The notes under the pieces are model-generated. The model did not search any database. It had not been told where the DNA came from and saw nothing but the letters and a program-made list of their open reading frames with translations. Shown here piece after piece: positions 26,520 through 64,000 of a stretch of 64,000 nt of DNA. This DNA is from Tubiluchus corallicola. Lineage: Eukaryota > Animalia > Priapulida. The stretch covers positions 248,001 to 312,000 of the forward strand of contig JAQGDQ010000184.1 in the NCBI GenBank assembly GCA_030141605.1. Reading direction: 5' to 3'. Numbering within the stretch: position 1 is the first letter of the stretch; each line of letters begins with the position of its first letter. The translations under genes were made by a program, and so were the position numbers.

Positions 26520-27142
26520 GTTAGTTCTGTATGCCAGCGAGATGACGTACCAGTGAGCTGCGTCATCAACGACCGTTATGACCGTAGTTCAGTGACCCTG
26601 CATGCCAACGAGTGGAGTCATCGACGACCTCTGTGACCGTTAGTTCAATGACCCTACATGCCAACGAGCTGAGTCATCGACGACCGTTATGACCGTTAGT
26701 TCAACGACCCTGCATATCAATGAGACGAGTCATCAATGACCGCTCTGGCCGTTAGTCCAATGACCCTGCATGCCAACGAGCTGGTATCGACGACTGCTAT
26801 GACCATTAGTTCAATGACCCTGCATGCCAACGAGCTGGTATCGACGACTGCTATGACCGTTAGTTCAATGACCCTGCATGCCAACGAGCTGCGTCATCAA
26901 CGACCGTTATGACCGTTAGTTCAGTGACCTGTATGCCAACGAGTGGAGTCATCGATGACCGCTATGACCGTTAGTTCAATGACCCTGCATATCAATGAGA
27001 CGAGTCATCGATGACCGCTATGACCGTTAGTTCAATGACCCTGCATGCCAACGAGCTGAGTCATCAACAACTGTTATGACCGTTAGTTCAACGACCCTGC
27101 ATATCAATGACCGTTATGACCGTTATGACCGTTAGTTCAATG
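26520..27142. repeat. Minisatellite, about 56-bp unit, about 11 copies
   Basis: Unit approximately ACCGTTAGTTCAATGACCCTGCATGCCAACGAGCTGAGTCATCGACGACCGTTATG, head to tail. Confidence 0.9.
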
Positions 27143-27499
27143 ACTGCCACCCCACAACGGCTGTTCTGTGAGCGCTAAAAATAGATCAGCTGCCCAACTG
27201 TTCAGTGAAGTCTAAAAGTGAACTGACGTCATAGGCTAAATATGGAACTGATGTCACAGGTTAAATATATATGTGCTAAAAATAGATCTGATGTCACTAA
27301 ACTAAAAACAGCAACTAGCTGAGTGCGTAAGGATGTGCAGAGCAAGTGTTACGAACTTGCTTCTGCCAGTTGCTCTTACGTTGTGTACTGTCTGTGTCAC
27401 TCGTAATTAAGATGTTATACTTGTTTATACTTCGCAAATAAATTGTTATTACCACTATACGATCACACTTTGGATATTCTTCAATGGAGTCTTCTACTA

Positions 27500-27558
<59 letters not shown>

Positions 27559-28163
27559 ACACAGTTACTTTTTATATTTGTACTATTGTGAAAAGAGGTT
27601 CCAGCAAAATTATGCAAATAACATATTAAGTTTGACGGGCAACCGCTAGAGGTAAGTTTAGGTTTATTTATTACAAATGTGAGAACAAAGTCATTTTTAA
27701 AATTGGAATTGCATGAACGGTCAAACATTAAAATTATTATTTAGTATCTTGAACTACTTTGTAAATCTACCGAAAGATGGAGCTTATACATTATGCAGTC
27801 ACAGCTTACAAGTTGAGTGCATTTATATCCGTGTCTGTGGTTGAGCGAACTCCATACTAAGGAACACACCCTCCTACCTGCAACTGCAAGATGTTTTATG
27901 AGAACTCATAACTTATGATTATAAAGCGTGTAAGTTTGATAATAGATTTGATCTTTCACCAGATTTATGACGATCCTAACTCCAGGCCCTGTAATTTAAG
28001 CTGCATTAACTATCTTATTCGTTTTATATCCGCATATTGTTATAAGACTTTGGTCTCTTATAATAGTCACAGGTTTTTATGATGTGTATATTCCTTCAGT
28101 CACAGTTTTGTGAATAACATATTATTGGTCGCATTAATTAAATAAGGTATCTTTTTTTATAAA

Positions 28164-42019
<13,856 letters not shown>

Positions 42020-44540
42020 GAAATAAACGCCGAGGAAAACGGTACAAGCGAATTGCATATGGCACCTTGCGAAATAAATTTAATAAGTGAAAATTTTAGT
42101 ATTTGACATAATTTCTAGATAGGCTTATGTAACACACGATGTAGAATAAGGCCCTGGACAAAAATGATTTAGAAGTATTGAAACACTATTGTGACTTGTG
42201 AGTAGAATTTGCTTTGGGCCTAACTGTTTACTTTATCCAAATGATTTCTTGAACGATTTCTTTGGCAGTTTTCTGATTTTTCTTTTTCTTAAATAAATGT
42301 TTTCTTAAAGGAAAACCGGACCTAATCTTAAATTGTAGGTCAAAACAATCTCTTCTTTAAAAATTGAAAGGGAAAATACTATTGTTTAAAGAGTGACTTA
42401 CGTGAAAGAATTATTACCACACAAAAGTCATTTCATTTTCCCGCAACTAGTTCTTCCCTGTTGCATGCATTTCACCATTCGTTAATTAGATGGGTACTAG
42501 CGCCTGCATTTTGGAAATGCGTTGCCTGAAAAACAAATGCTGTACATCTCATTTCAGATCTGTTCGTTTGTGACGTAATACACACGTTCGAGAGCTCATG
42601 CGTGAGCACTGCGGTAAATTTAAAATTTCAATTTTTATGTTAAAATTTGCCGAATTTTTGTATATTACCCAGAATGTTGTACAGAAACACTGTACTTCAA
42701 TTTTCGGTTTCGCAAATGTCTGTGCTATTGAAAATTTTGTTCGTTTGTGACATCATGACTAGCTGGGCAGGCCCACCTGAATTAATGTTCTAAGCTATTA
42801 TTTAACTATCAGAAACACTTTGTCATTATTATATGTGTTAAGGTGTTTACATTTTGCCGTACTTCAAAATGGGGCAGGATTTGAAAAATCGTCCTGTTTT
42901 GTTTCAATGCTTTATGGTCTTATTGTAAAGGTACTTCAAATAATCTAAATGATACAAGCGACATTATAAAATCAAGTAACAGAAATGTGGTTTATTTGCT
43001 TGTCTTTCGATGATCGATATGAATAGTAGTTTTCTATTTTAGATTTAGGCGTCGTGTAGATTAGGTTATTTTGGGCGTCCTATTGCGCGTCCTATAAACT
43101 TCCTATTGTCTGCTACGGGCTATTTATATTACCTTTAAAAAGTTCTACTTTCCATGAGCTGTTATCATCGTTTAATTAAGTTAAATAGATTTCTTAATCT
43201 ACGAATGTAGTGAGCACATGAATATACGTGATGAGCATCCGTAGCCATGAAAACAGAGTTTTAACGCAGCCTCTTTTTTTAAACAAATTAGCTATGTTAA
43301 AGTGTGTTAGTTAAGTATATGTTCTATATATATATCATATTAATTTGTTGACAATAATACTAATATACAAGAAACATGCTGCATATATTGTATAAAGTTT
43401 AATTTTAGAAGAAACGTTATTTCTCGCATTTTTTAATTTTATTTTTGCACTTGTGACAATTGTTATCATAGCAACAGTTAGGCCTATCTTTTGACAAGTT
43501 CACGTTATCACACAGCTAGTTTCCCGTACATTTTAACGCATTTTTCTACGTTACAACAATGAGTGCTTTACACAATTCTAAAAGTCAATAATCATATCAA
43601 GGATCATGTATGACAATCGACATCGTTATTATTATAAGGCAAAGACAGTTTACACATATTAAAATGTAAGGCGTTAAAAATGCACATCATATGCGGTATC
43701 AACAGAACAAATTAATGCATTTGTGCTAGTTATTATACCTTGTCGTCAATTTGTAAACAAATAGCCATGTATAACAGCATCTTAACATCGCATCCTTTCT
43801 CTAAAGGGGAAGAAATGGGAATTTTAAACTACGTCCCATAAAAATTTCCATACAGAGTCATATCTGTTTGAATTTGAAATTGGAAAGAAAATTCTTAAAA
43901 GTCAACGCTCATCTCATGTATCATGTACAACAGTCGATGTCATTACTATAAGGCAAGGACCATTTATCATTACACCGATTTGTACTATGACATTGTATAT
44001 GGTCTTAATTTCCTAGATGATAGTTGAGGCTTATGTTAATGGTGGGCATCAAATACAGTATTAAGATCATAAATTAATGTGTTTATCTATTAAAAACTTG
44101 CCATTAAATTATAAATTAGTAGTGAGTATGCAGTTTTAAACCAGTTTTCATTAACAAATTAGCCGCCAAATTAAGCCCCGAGAACAAGGTTGTAACAGCC
44201 ATCATCTGTTTTTTAGAATATAGATGACATTTTAAATAACACCGTTACTTCAGTCGAGTTTTTGTAGTGCTCCCTGGCGTTTGTCTTTTCGTAAGCAATC
44301 AGTTAACCGCCTTGATCTACATTTATTTCTACTTCTTCTATTTGCAATATGATAAAATAGCCAAAACGATCAATCACGATTGTCAAGAATTTTGTTTATC
44401 GCACAGTTGTCAATAATTTTGTCTGCCACTATTAATATACTGGGGTGCAAAAAGAACACACTGAGTATAGCCATAATAGAAGGCTTTCCTTTGCTGTTTT
44501 TCTTAGTTTTTCTAGTTTGGTTTTTCGTTTTATTAAAATC

Positions 44541-54397
<9,857 letters not shown>

Positions 54398-55770
54398 ATT
54401 TTTCAGACTGTGACTACATGGCAAATAACCTTTATTACGTAGAAAAGGACATCGTATTTGTAAACACAAATCTTTTTTGAAAAATGGCGAAATGCAGACT
54501 TGCCCGAATTGTTTTTTTTTATTTTGGCAGCCGCAGGCTTTTTAACGTCACTATCACCACCACCACCACCATCATCATCATCAGCTGCTGCTGCAGCAGC
54601 TGTACCCATCGCTGTCGGTAACATAATTGTGAAAATACTCACTTAAAGGTAAAAAAATACTGAATCAGTAAAAACGTTACAACTGCTAATGTGCTGTCTG
54701 TTGGATATCATATCTGTATTGTAGAAATTACTGTAGAAATTAATATTCTAAAAACAGAAATGTTTACGAGTTACTAATACACGTCTACTAAGACTCTATT
54801 GCGAATCGAAACCTATCGAGTTACACTTAATTAGATCACGTAGAATGAAACCCAGTCGTTAGGATGATAGTGATTAGTTTAGAAGCCATATCATACACCG
54901 CTTATTACTTTTCAAATATGCATAACATGGAAGTCGCTCAACGAAAACAATATCATTAATATTATTCATATGCGTAATAGGTAACTTATTGAAATCGCCG
55001 TCAGTACCTATAGTATCGTCAACAAAATATGGGAAAATTGCAAAGATTTTTTTAGTTTGCGTCTTTTGCCTATGACGACCCATAACGATTTTATCAAAAG
55101 AGTGGAAGCCATTGTTTCAGATTTGCTATGATGTGACGACTTTGCAGAAAGAAAAATGGTAAACAAAAGTAGTATAAACATGACGCATTAAGTGATTTTT
55201 GCTATTAAAGAAAAGGTTGACGAGAGGAAATGCAAGAGATTCGGCGACAGTAGAAATAATTTTGAAGACAGACAAAGAGAGCATCACTGTCGCATTAAAC
55301 ATACAAAGCAGACCCAACCATAAATTGTAAGTAAATAAGTAGTTTATTTACCACCAATTATAATAACAAAGCAAGTAACAAAAAATGTTATTTGATACAA
55401 CATTCAACGACGGATAAAATAGCACAGAAGTAATTATTGAAATGAGTGGTGAAATTGTGTGGCGAAGTCAGCCACCCTTCCAGTAATGTATAAACGCCCT
55501 AACTATCTCTCTTGCATGGGCCTCAGAGTATTGTACAAACTTTCTCTGAAATGTTAATGCTATCGCTAGTTTTTTGGCTATGTACATGCATTGTCTTCAA
55601 ATTAGTGTAGAGCATATAGTGTCTTAAGAAAGAAAAAACCCAATTGAAATAATATAAAAATAAATAAAAAAAAAGCATGACATTTCAAACCAGGCCAAGA
55701 ACAGGAAAAAACTGAAAAGGCGAAATGTTACATAGGCCGTAGACCATGATCAAGTTCAGAGGTCGAACTT

Positions 55771-56295
55771 TTTTGTCCGGCTGAGCATTCTGCGGAATCA
55801 GTCACACTGTCGTGGATAACACCAAATGACGTGTTGGCTCGGCAAAACCTCTCACATATCTCGGCTACATTAATATACATTTACATCTGATGTAAATATA
55901 AGGTTAAGATTTACGATTTTTAAGATTTCACTAGCATACAAAAAACACAACGACATATGGTGAGATGTTTGGGTAGTTATAACAAAAAATGCAAATTAAC
56001 ATATTAAAGTAACGATTACAACTATGATCTACATCCTGTTACTTGACGTTGTTATTGTGCAAAAAATAAAACAAATCTGAATCTGAATCTGAATCTGTAC
56101 GGCGGCCGTTTCTGAGACGAGAGCAACAGGCAGTTCCGATTTCCGAACTCAATCTTTTAACATTTAAAACATAAACTTTTCCTAGACAATAGCGACACTC
56201 GACGATATTTGATTTTGATTAGAAGAAGTTACTAGAGACAGGGGCGATGTGTAGCATTCAATCTCCGAAGCCTGAATTTATTGCTTTTATTAATT
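55771..56295 (+). repeat. Two dispersed repeat segments (A about 55771-55880, B about 56096-56295) repeated at about 59171-59280 and 58886-59075
   Basis: gctgagcattctgcggaatca.tcacact.tcgtggataac and tgtacggcg.c.gttt.tgagacg.gagc.acagg each occur twice in direct orientation. Confidence 0.8.
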
Positions 56296-57369
56296 TATAG
56301 CTCTTGACGTAAACAGGGTATAATGCCGTGGAATATATCCTCTTAGTGAGACAAATACTCATAAGTAATAAAGTAATAAACGAAACCATTCAGGAAGAGT
56401 ATTGAACCTGGCAGTCGTCCATCTTTTCACTGTCCAGATTCGGCATTGCTTAACTTTAGTAGATATGTCACTTCCCCAATCCACACTTCGCCAATAGTAC
56501 ATTTCCCAAGTGGCACAGTTCACCAGTGTCGATTTCGTTAGTAAAAATTCTGTAATGTAGTTTTTTGCTTTGATACGTTTTGATTTTGCATGAATGCACA
56601 TTTTTATTTGTTTGTTGTTTCAGATTAACTAGATTATGTTTAGATATTATATGTGGCGATTTTCTAAGCCGCACAGTCAATAAACTCATCAAGCATTTAC
56701 TAAGCCCCAGGATTTTCTAAATCCCAGAAGACCAGCGCTTTCTTGGCCACATAGCTGATCTCAAGCAGGAGAATAGAGAGATCATTTGTACAGTGGATGT
56801 GAGCGTCTGTGTAAATTCTTCGGAGGGTAACGAGGCAACGAGAGCTTCTGCTTCCGAAAAGTTTTTAAAAAAGTGATAAAGTTTCTAAATTCTTTATAAG
56901 AAGAACAATATCCGTTTCAAAAGCAACCCACTATAATGAAAATTAAGAAAATCAACATTTCCGCTGCACACCAACAATCACCTTCAAGAAATAAAAAATA
57001 ATTAAAAAGTGGCTAGTAAACTCTCATTGTACTTTTGTTTTTGCTATGTTTCAATTTCTACAAGCATTTGAAAATTCAGCTAGGCACTGAAGCACATTTC
57101 CAAGCTTACATTTTGAAATTTTACTTGACAAAACAATAAAATTTTAATCCTATTGTTAACAGTTTTAAACAAAAGTTTAGTTCGAATTTTTACAGTTAGA
57201 TGTCACAGTTCTCACCCTGGCTTCCGTAGCAACTTGATAACAAAGCGGCAAAGAACTTACAAATTGCAACTTGAAACTAACACGCCACAAGTTGTTTAAT
57301 AGAAGGTAATTGCTCATTATATACATTTTGGTAAGACTAAGTTTAGTGGAAAAGAAGAAAAAGAAGAAA

Positions 57370-58675
57370 GGACTAGTAGAAAATGTAAGACCAATTATAC
57401 TGCTGAGTTTGTTAAGGAAAATCTTGGCCATATACATGACCAGACGCATAAATGGCAACATTCCACCAAGTCAAGCTGCATATAGGGAGGAACGTAGCAC
57501 TACTGAACTAGTAGTGTCAGCAAAAATACTAGCAGAAAAAGCATTCACATCACGATTTTGTTACTTGACATGAGCAAGGCGTTTGATACTGTTACAGAGA
57601 GGAATACTCTACAAAATGACCTACAAATTGTACTACAACCAGATGAACTGCACCTTATTACAATTGTACTAAAAGATGTTAAACTTACTGTAAAAGTTGG
57701 GAACACCTTAGGAAGAACTTTTAGCACGAATATTGGGACCCCCAGGGGGACTGTCTTAGTCCAATACTTTCACGCTCTACATAGCAAATGCACTTAAGAT
57801 CCACATGCCTCCAAATGATGATCATAATTACGATACCACTGTCTGTGATAACCTTCCTCAACATATTCTGGATCACTCCTATCCTGCTATGAACCATTCC
57901 TTATTGATCAACAATACGCAGACGATATTATATGGATTAGTGTATCAAGTTTTCAAACTAACACAATAAAAATGGATTTTCCAAAAAAAACTAGAGAAAA
58001 GAAATCTTCGAGTAAACCAGTCAAAAACAGAAGAATATATTATTGCAAGAGATGGTAATCAGTCTTGGAAAAAGTGCAAATACGTGGGCACTTTTCTAAG
58101 CACCAAAGATGATATTAAAAGCAGAAAGCAACAAGCAATGCATGCTTTCCTTCAGCACAAGAATGTATTAACTGGCAAGAAATTAAGTCTTAATGTAATT
58201 ATTTAATGCTTAAGTTACCAGCATATTTATGTACAACAGTGAAACTTGGGGCTTAACGATTTCTCAAGAAAAGCAGATTGACACATTTCATAGAAATCTT
58301 CTTAGGAAAGTTTTAAAGGTAAGATGGCCATATATAATCAAAAATGAAGATTTGTACATAAGAACGAAAGAAATTTATTGGAGTTCAAAAGTCAAGATCC
58401 GAAGATGAAGATGGCTAGGACATCTTCTAAGATTACCAAAGGAAGCGCCAGTACGAATCGCCTTAAAAGAAGCCCCATAACCTTGCAAAAAACTACCTAG
58501 CAAACAAAATACAACTTGGATAGCTAAGATAAATAAAGATGTTCAACAACTTCAACCAAATCTATCTTTAAGAGTAGAAGAACTTACGCTTTTAGCTGCA
58601 GATAGAAGACGGTGGAGTACTCTGATAAATGTTCATACCTCAATGCATGCAAAAGGTGGAATGAGATTTTGAAGA
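57370..58675 (+). mobile_element. Non-LTR retrotransposon relic (RT domain, RTE-related), 5'-truncated and frameshifted
   Basis: RPIILLSLLRKILA, SQAAYR..RSTTE, LLDMSKAFDTV, NIGTP.GD.LSP, QYADDI (57912-57929) and RWLGHLLRLP. Confidence 0.88.
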
Positions 58676-59699
58676 AAGTTTAGTGGGGAGAGTTTGAGTA
58701 GCTCCTGGCTTCTTCAGTCAAGCAAATGTTGCTTCAGCAAGGGCTTATTCTTTCAACAGTCAGTCATTCACTGTTGTAAGTCACAAGGTGCATGGTGCAG
58801 TCAGCTGTGAGCTGGAGATCCACAGAATAGGTAATAGAGGGTAAGCTATGATCTATACTATCTATGATGAACCCAGCTGTAACTGTGTACGGCGCCAGTT
58901 TGTGAGACGGGAGCGACAGGTAGATGATCCGATCTCCGAACTCGACCTTTTGACTTTTAAAACATTATCCTAGACAATAGCGCCACTTAACGACATTGAG
59001 TTTTGAATTGAAGAAGTTACTAGAAATAGGAGTGATATGCATTCGATCTCTGAATCCCGAATTAATTTCTTTTATTAATCATAATTATTAATTCAGTTAT
59101 CTTTGATTCATAATTATTAATTCATTTTATTGATTAATTAATCAATTAACCATAGGCGTAAACTGGGAAATTTTGTCCAGCTGAGCATTCTGCGGAATCA
59201 ATCACACTATCGTGGATAACGCCGAAAGACGTGCTGGTTCGGCAAAACCTCCGACATATCTCGGCTACCTTAATATACAGTTTTTACCAAACCACTCCTT
59301 AGTTAGTAGAATTTGTAAAACTGAAATTCTTGTCTGCCACGGTCTGTGCGTGTGGGGTAATTTGATGCAGGTCAAATGGTTGTCGCTGGAGAACTACACC
59401 ATGTGACTAGATCCGGCCGTGCTTCCGGATCTGCGAAAGTGTACCTTGTAGGTTCCGGGCAGTGACTGAATGATAAGTGGCTGTACGGGGGTGCTCTCCT
59501 TTTGAGGTGTAATTGTTCATTAGGGATGATTAAGACGCGGTAATAATAGTTTATAGAGGTATGCGGAGCAGCATAAATGTTTATTATTATGTTCTCTCCT
59601 ATGAGTTGATAAGAGTCAGTTTTTCAGACCCCATCAGAGGCAGAGAAAAGGAGGAAGAGAGAGTGCACTCTGAACAGATAAAGAGAGCAAAAAGACACA

Positions 59700-59782
59700 C
59701 ATGCGCACGCGCGCACGCACGCACACACACACACACACAGACAGGGAGAGAAAAAGAGAGAGGGGGTACTGGGGAAAAGAAA

Positions 59783-59872
<90 letters not shown>
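59700..59872. repeat. (CA)n and (GA)n microsatellites
   Basis: Read directly from the sequence. Confidence 0.95.
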
Positions 59873-60452
59873 CGGGGATGAGGCAGAGAGATAAAAAGAA
59901 AGAAGAACTGAGAGAGAAAAATAAAAATAACATGAACAAATGAGAGAACATTTTGTAAAGCTTATTTTAGGAACTCATTCATAATCACGTGTATCATATT
60001 CTTCAAACAATAACATATTTACACGTATGACTCAGGTATCTCTGATGTTGTAATCAACTCTGGAAGGCTTTTTGGCAATTATTCAGCGTGAAATTATCTG
60101 TTCACGTCCCACGTCAACTTACGTTTATTTATTTAAAAAATAATGAAACAAATGAGATGTGAACTAAAATTTTAGAATAAAATAATAATAAAATAAAAAG
60201 AACTCCGCAATATTTACAGAAATTTTGCCAGTTAAATGTTGGCTTAAGGGACAGCCCAAAAAACCCGCAACGTAGTTTCACTTGTTTTACGCCAGAAAGT
60301 TCTATTTGTCATTGTCCACTATAAAGGAAGCTTTTGTATTACATTATTTTATCTTATTATTTCTATGGTAGTTTCTAAGAAGAATAATTACTTCAATTCT
60401 ACCGTAACGCAGTGTAACATATAATTTACACGTTAAATCTATCATGCAGCAT

Positions 60453-60590
60453 ACGCAGAAAGGCTACGCAGAATCAATGCAGCAATTGTCACTTTTTTTC
60501 TACTGTGACTGTCAACCTTTTTTCTGCGTAGTATCTACAGTAGAACGAGAGGACATGTGGTACATGGATTCCGCGCAGCCTTTCTACGGT
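60453..60590. repeat. Imperfect foldback with arms of about 55 bp
   Basis: cgcagaaaggctacgcagaatcaatg...ttctactgt pairs with acagtagaa...catggattccgcgcagcctttctacg. Confidence 0.7.
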
Positions 60591-63500
60591 AGCTCTTGCT
60601 ATGAAAGTTGCGTTGATACTACGTATCTGTGGAACTTGGGGATGTCCCGATTTCCCGTGAGCGTTCTTACGTCACAATGGAGGCGGAGCAATAGGCAAAT
60701 ACGTTTGATGTCCATTGCTAAGCGGCAAAAAGAAAGAAGACAAAGTTGAAAACGTTTCATATTTTGTATCATTAATGCTTTGTCTGGCCTGACATGAGAT
60801 TTTAGTCAAACATTTTAGAAAGGCACTTGATATGGAATGTAGCAGAGAACTTTTGCTGATGAAACATGTACTGCCGAGATGTACTCCTGGCGAAGGAATT
60901 AGGCACTTTGTTAAACTATTTTGTTAAAGGAATGGGGTAATAATACATAGCAGAGAACTTTTACTGGCGAAATGCACTACTGGCGAACAACTTTGTTAAA
61001 GGAATAAGCTAATTACATACAGCAGAGAAAACTTACTGGTGAACTATTGGCGAAATGGGTGGATACCTAATTATTCTGCTAATTCGCGGTTGGTCGACTT
61101 TGCTATCGAAATTCTTGATCGACCTTGCTCAGTTACAAGTCGCACAGATATTTTACTAAAATCTGTTACGTTTCGTAGTTCGTGTACGGTTAAAGTAGGG
61201 TGCTCCGTATGTCAAGAGATTAATAAAAAATACTAGCTTTTCATTCTAGCCTGCACTTTTTTCTCGCGTTTCGTTACCGCAGCGTAGCGCCACTATCATT
61301 TCTGTGCAGATAAGAACGATCGGGCTTCCCATTTCTCAATTAAATCTTTCTCACAACCTGATCAGTCAACAGGATTTACTTTGCGTCAGACTCAAGTGCG
61401 ACTATTCCACATTGATGAGTTATTGAGAAGAAGGGTACTGTCAGCATCCGCAGAGTAGGTTTAGGGAAACAAACACTTGGTTTAGGGAAGAAACTCGAAG
61501 AAACAAGATGGTCAGAACTTCAAAAGAACAATGAATTGTGCAGTTTGGGTAAGTTGTGAAATGTAAAATGTGATTTGCTTACAAAACTTATTGTTATTTT
61601 CTTATTATTTCATTTATTGATATCAATTCCTATATTTTGTTCATGTTGGAGTCACACATGTTCGTTGACGACAACCCTTCTATTGGACTTTGTATAGCGG
61701 GTAAAAGTTGATGGTATATTTGCAACGCTGTCCATGGATGCACAAACTTCGGCTAAAAATTCATGTGCAGAATTACTTTTTGCAACTTTTTCTGCAGTTT
61801 GTGAACAAGATTACTATTTGAATAAAAGAAGCTCTCGCCTCGATCTGATAATATGCCGAGTTTGCACAATTTCCAGGCAGTTTCTTAGTTATTTTAGGTG
61901 AAAAAGTATTTCCAGCTACGTATCCAAGTTTGGTGTATTTAAAAAACTGAACTTTTCCAAGCAGCAACTTGGGTAGCACCGTTTTTGCTGCAAGTTACAC
62001 AGAATCCTGCCGTAAGGATTCCAATGGAATCTGTATATTTATTAATCTAATTTCGCAAGGTATGTCAGCGGTGTCCTATAATTGGAGAATTATTCTATTT
62101 GCAATTGGTATTATGTTGTTTTTTAGCTATGACATGAATGCCAAATTGCCAATACACCGCTAATTAAGGATTGGCGATTAGGCGTAATTATTTAACGTGC
62201 AATAATAATGCCATTTATACTCGTTTTAACTAGTTTAATTAAGTTACTAAATTAAACAGTTTCGTCGAACGAATGACTAAAATGATTCGATTGTCTAAGG
62301 GAAGCCAAAACAGCTAACAAGAATAAAAATTTCCTCGGAATTTTTTATTCAACGAAAACGGTCAAGAACATTTTTTCGATTCTAAGAAATTTTCCAGCTG
62401 CAGCTTTTTGAAAATTAAATAAGTTTTAATAAATTATTCACGTACACTCGCTTATTTTCCATATGAGCTCGACGTCAAACGTTCTGTACAAATGACCACT
62501 ATACCATAACCAGATTTCATCATGTGAGTGTATATCTGTAGTATTCTGAATAAATAACTCACTAAAATAAAATGTGTAGAAAAAATTAAGGGTTAGAATA
62601 ATTGCCCTAATGTTAAAGTGGTAAATGTGCACCTTGTCAGAATTGGGTGAAGGCGGTGATCGTATCATCCAATAATGTACAATAGTTCGTAAAACTACTT
62701 GTGACTTATGTGATGAACCCACTTGTCGAAATGTGTCTTTTTCATCAGATTACGAGAAACCTCGTGTGCTTCAGCTAGAAAAGGACAACACAAAAAATAC
62801 GTCCTTTTTAAATGAAACTGGAGTTAAAGCGTTCCTCGGTCCATCCGAGAAAAGCGACACGTCTTTTCACAAATGTATTTTCATGAAAAGCACACATCAT
62901 TGGTCCGAAAGCACGCGTGATATTGACGTGTCAGAAGTTGCAAAAAGACTAGTGTAGTTGCTACCCATCAGTAAACCCTGCCAGATGAAGCTTATGTGTA
63001 ATTTTCTCTCCTCTGAGTGTTAACTGCGGTATTACTGCAAAGCCAGGTGGAATTGATAATTATGTCTTGTAAAGCATGTGTGGGTAACTATTTGCTGGTT
63101 CATACATGTGTCGACATTCTTGTCTGTAATCAGGGTATTCTGGTGTACTTGGCTGGTATGTCTGGTAAAGTCACATTCTTTTCGTTACGTTTTATTTCCC
63201 ATGTTTACCACAGCGCAGTAAATTTTGATTTTCCACGTATTAGAAGTAAAAGCAATAACAACAGAAAAAGTGTCGAAATATTGTAAGATATAAAAAAAGC
63301 TACTCATCTGCCTAAGGGTTAGATCATCTGCCTAAGTCATTTTTGATGCTCTCTTACACTTCTCACAGCGCAGGCTGCGCCAGTGTTCAAAATAAACGGT
63401 GCTGCTGCTACTGTTGTTGTAAACCTGTAGGCTATGTAGACATAGGAAGGCAGCCAGAATCCAATTTGAAGTGAAACCTGGCTCGAGAAATTCCAAATAA

Positions 63501-64000
63501 GTCACGTTTGATTTGTGTGAGATTTGAACCTAGAACCTCTGAAATGCATCCAAGCGCGATAACTACCACCACCGCCACTGCTGCTGCCGCCGACGCCAGG
63601 CACTGCCTACATCATAAACCCGCTCACGCAGTTCGAACCTGAATACAAGAAGCTATTTATAGACATAAAATAATAAAAACGGTCACAGTCTAATGTTAGT
63701 CCTGCTTCAGTAAAACAAGTAAAATCTAATCTGTGTTAAGTGCACGATTAGTATTAAACACAGATGAGGCGAGCCATATGTCATAAAATGAATCGCACGA
63801 TCTTTTCTACCTATGAAGACGTTACACTCATGACGAAGGAACGTATACGGAATGACCATTGATGTGTTAAATTTTTATTAGTACTGACCAATAATGAATG
63901 TGGCGCTCTGTTTCATTAATCGCTGGTAGGCATAACGTAATGAATTGTTACATAGCACAATGAATTATATTAGAGCAGCTACATAAAGATTTCGTCTAGT

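Noticed and set aside
61531-63290. Possible THAP/transposase gene starting MNCAVW|gtaag
   Set aside because: I could not find downstream exons or recognisable domains; the short ORFs here are uninformative.

Overview
AT-rich, intron-containing eukaryotic DNA, most likely from an invertebrate animal; the taxon cannot be fixed from the sequence. By hand-splicing GT-AG exons I reconstruct seven protein genes: (1) the 5' part of an SLC22 transporter (-), which runs off the window; (2) a secreted PTTH/Trunk-like cystine-knot prohormone (+); (3) a ZIP subfamily-II metal transporter with a single coding exon (-); (4) an acidic orphan protein ending in a BH3-like motif, with a p53-like site and a CRE/E-box upstream (+); (5) an intact 8-exon cathepsin-L-fold gene whose catalytic Cys is replaced by Ser, giving a Ser-His-Asn triad and rewired cysteines (+); (6) a complete cytosolic 5'-nucleotidase III gene nested antisense inside intron 6 of that cathepsin (-); (7) an 11-exon type-B carboxylesterase with an intact triad and a basic C-terminal tail (+). 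The rest is transposon debris: a BEL/Pao fragment inside a CR1-like LINE, RTE/L2-like LINE relics, hAT- and Kolobok-type MITEs, tRNA-derived SINEs, minisatellites and microsatellites. All family assignments come from recalled motifs; no searches were run.
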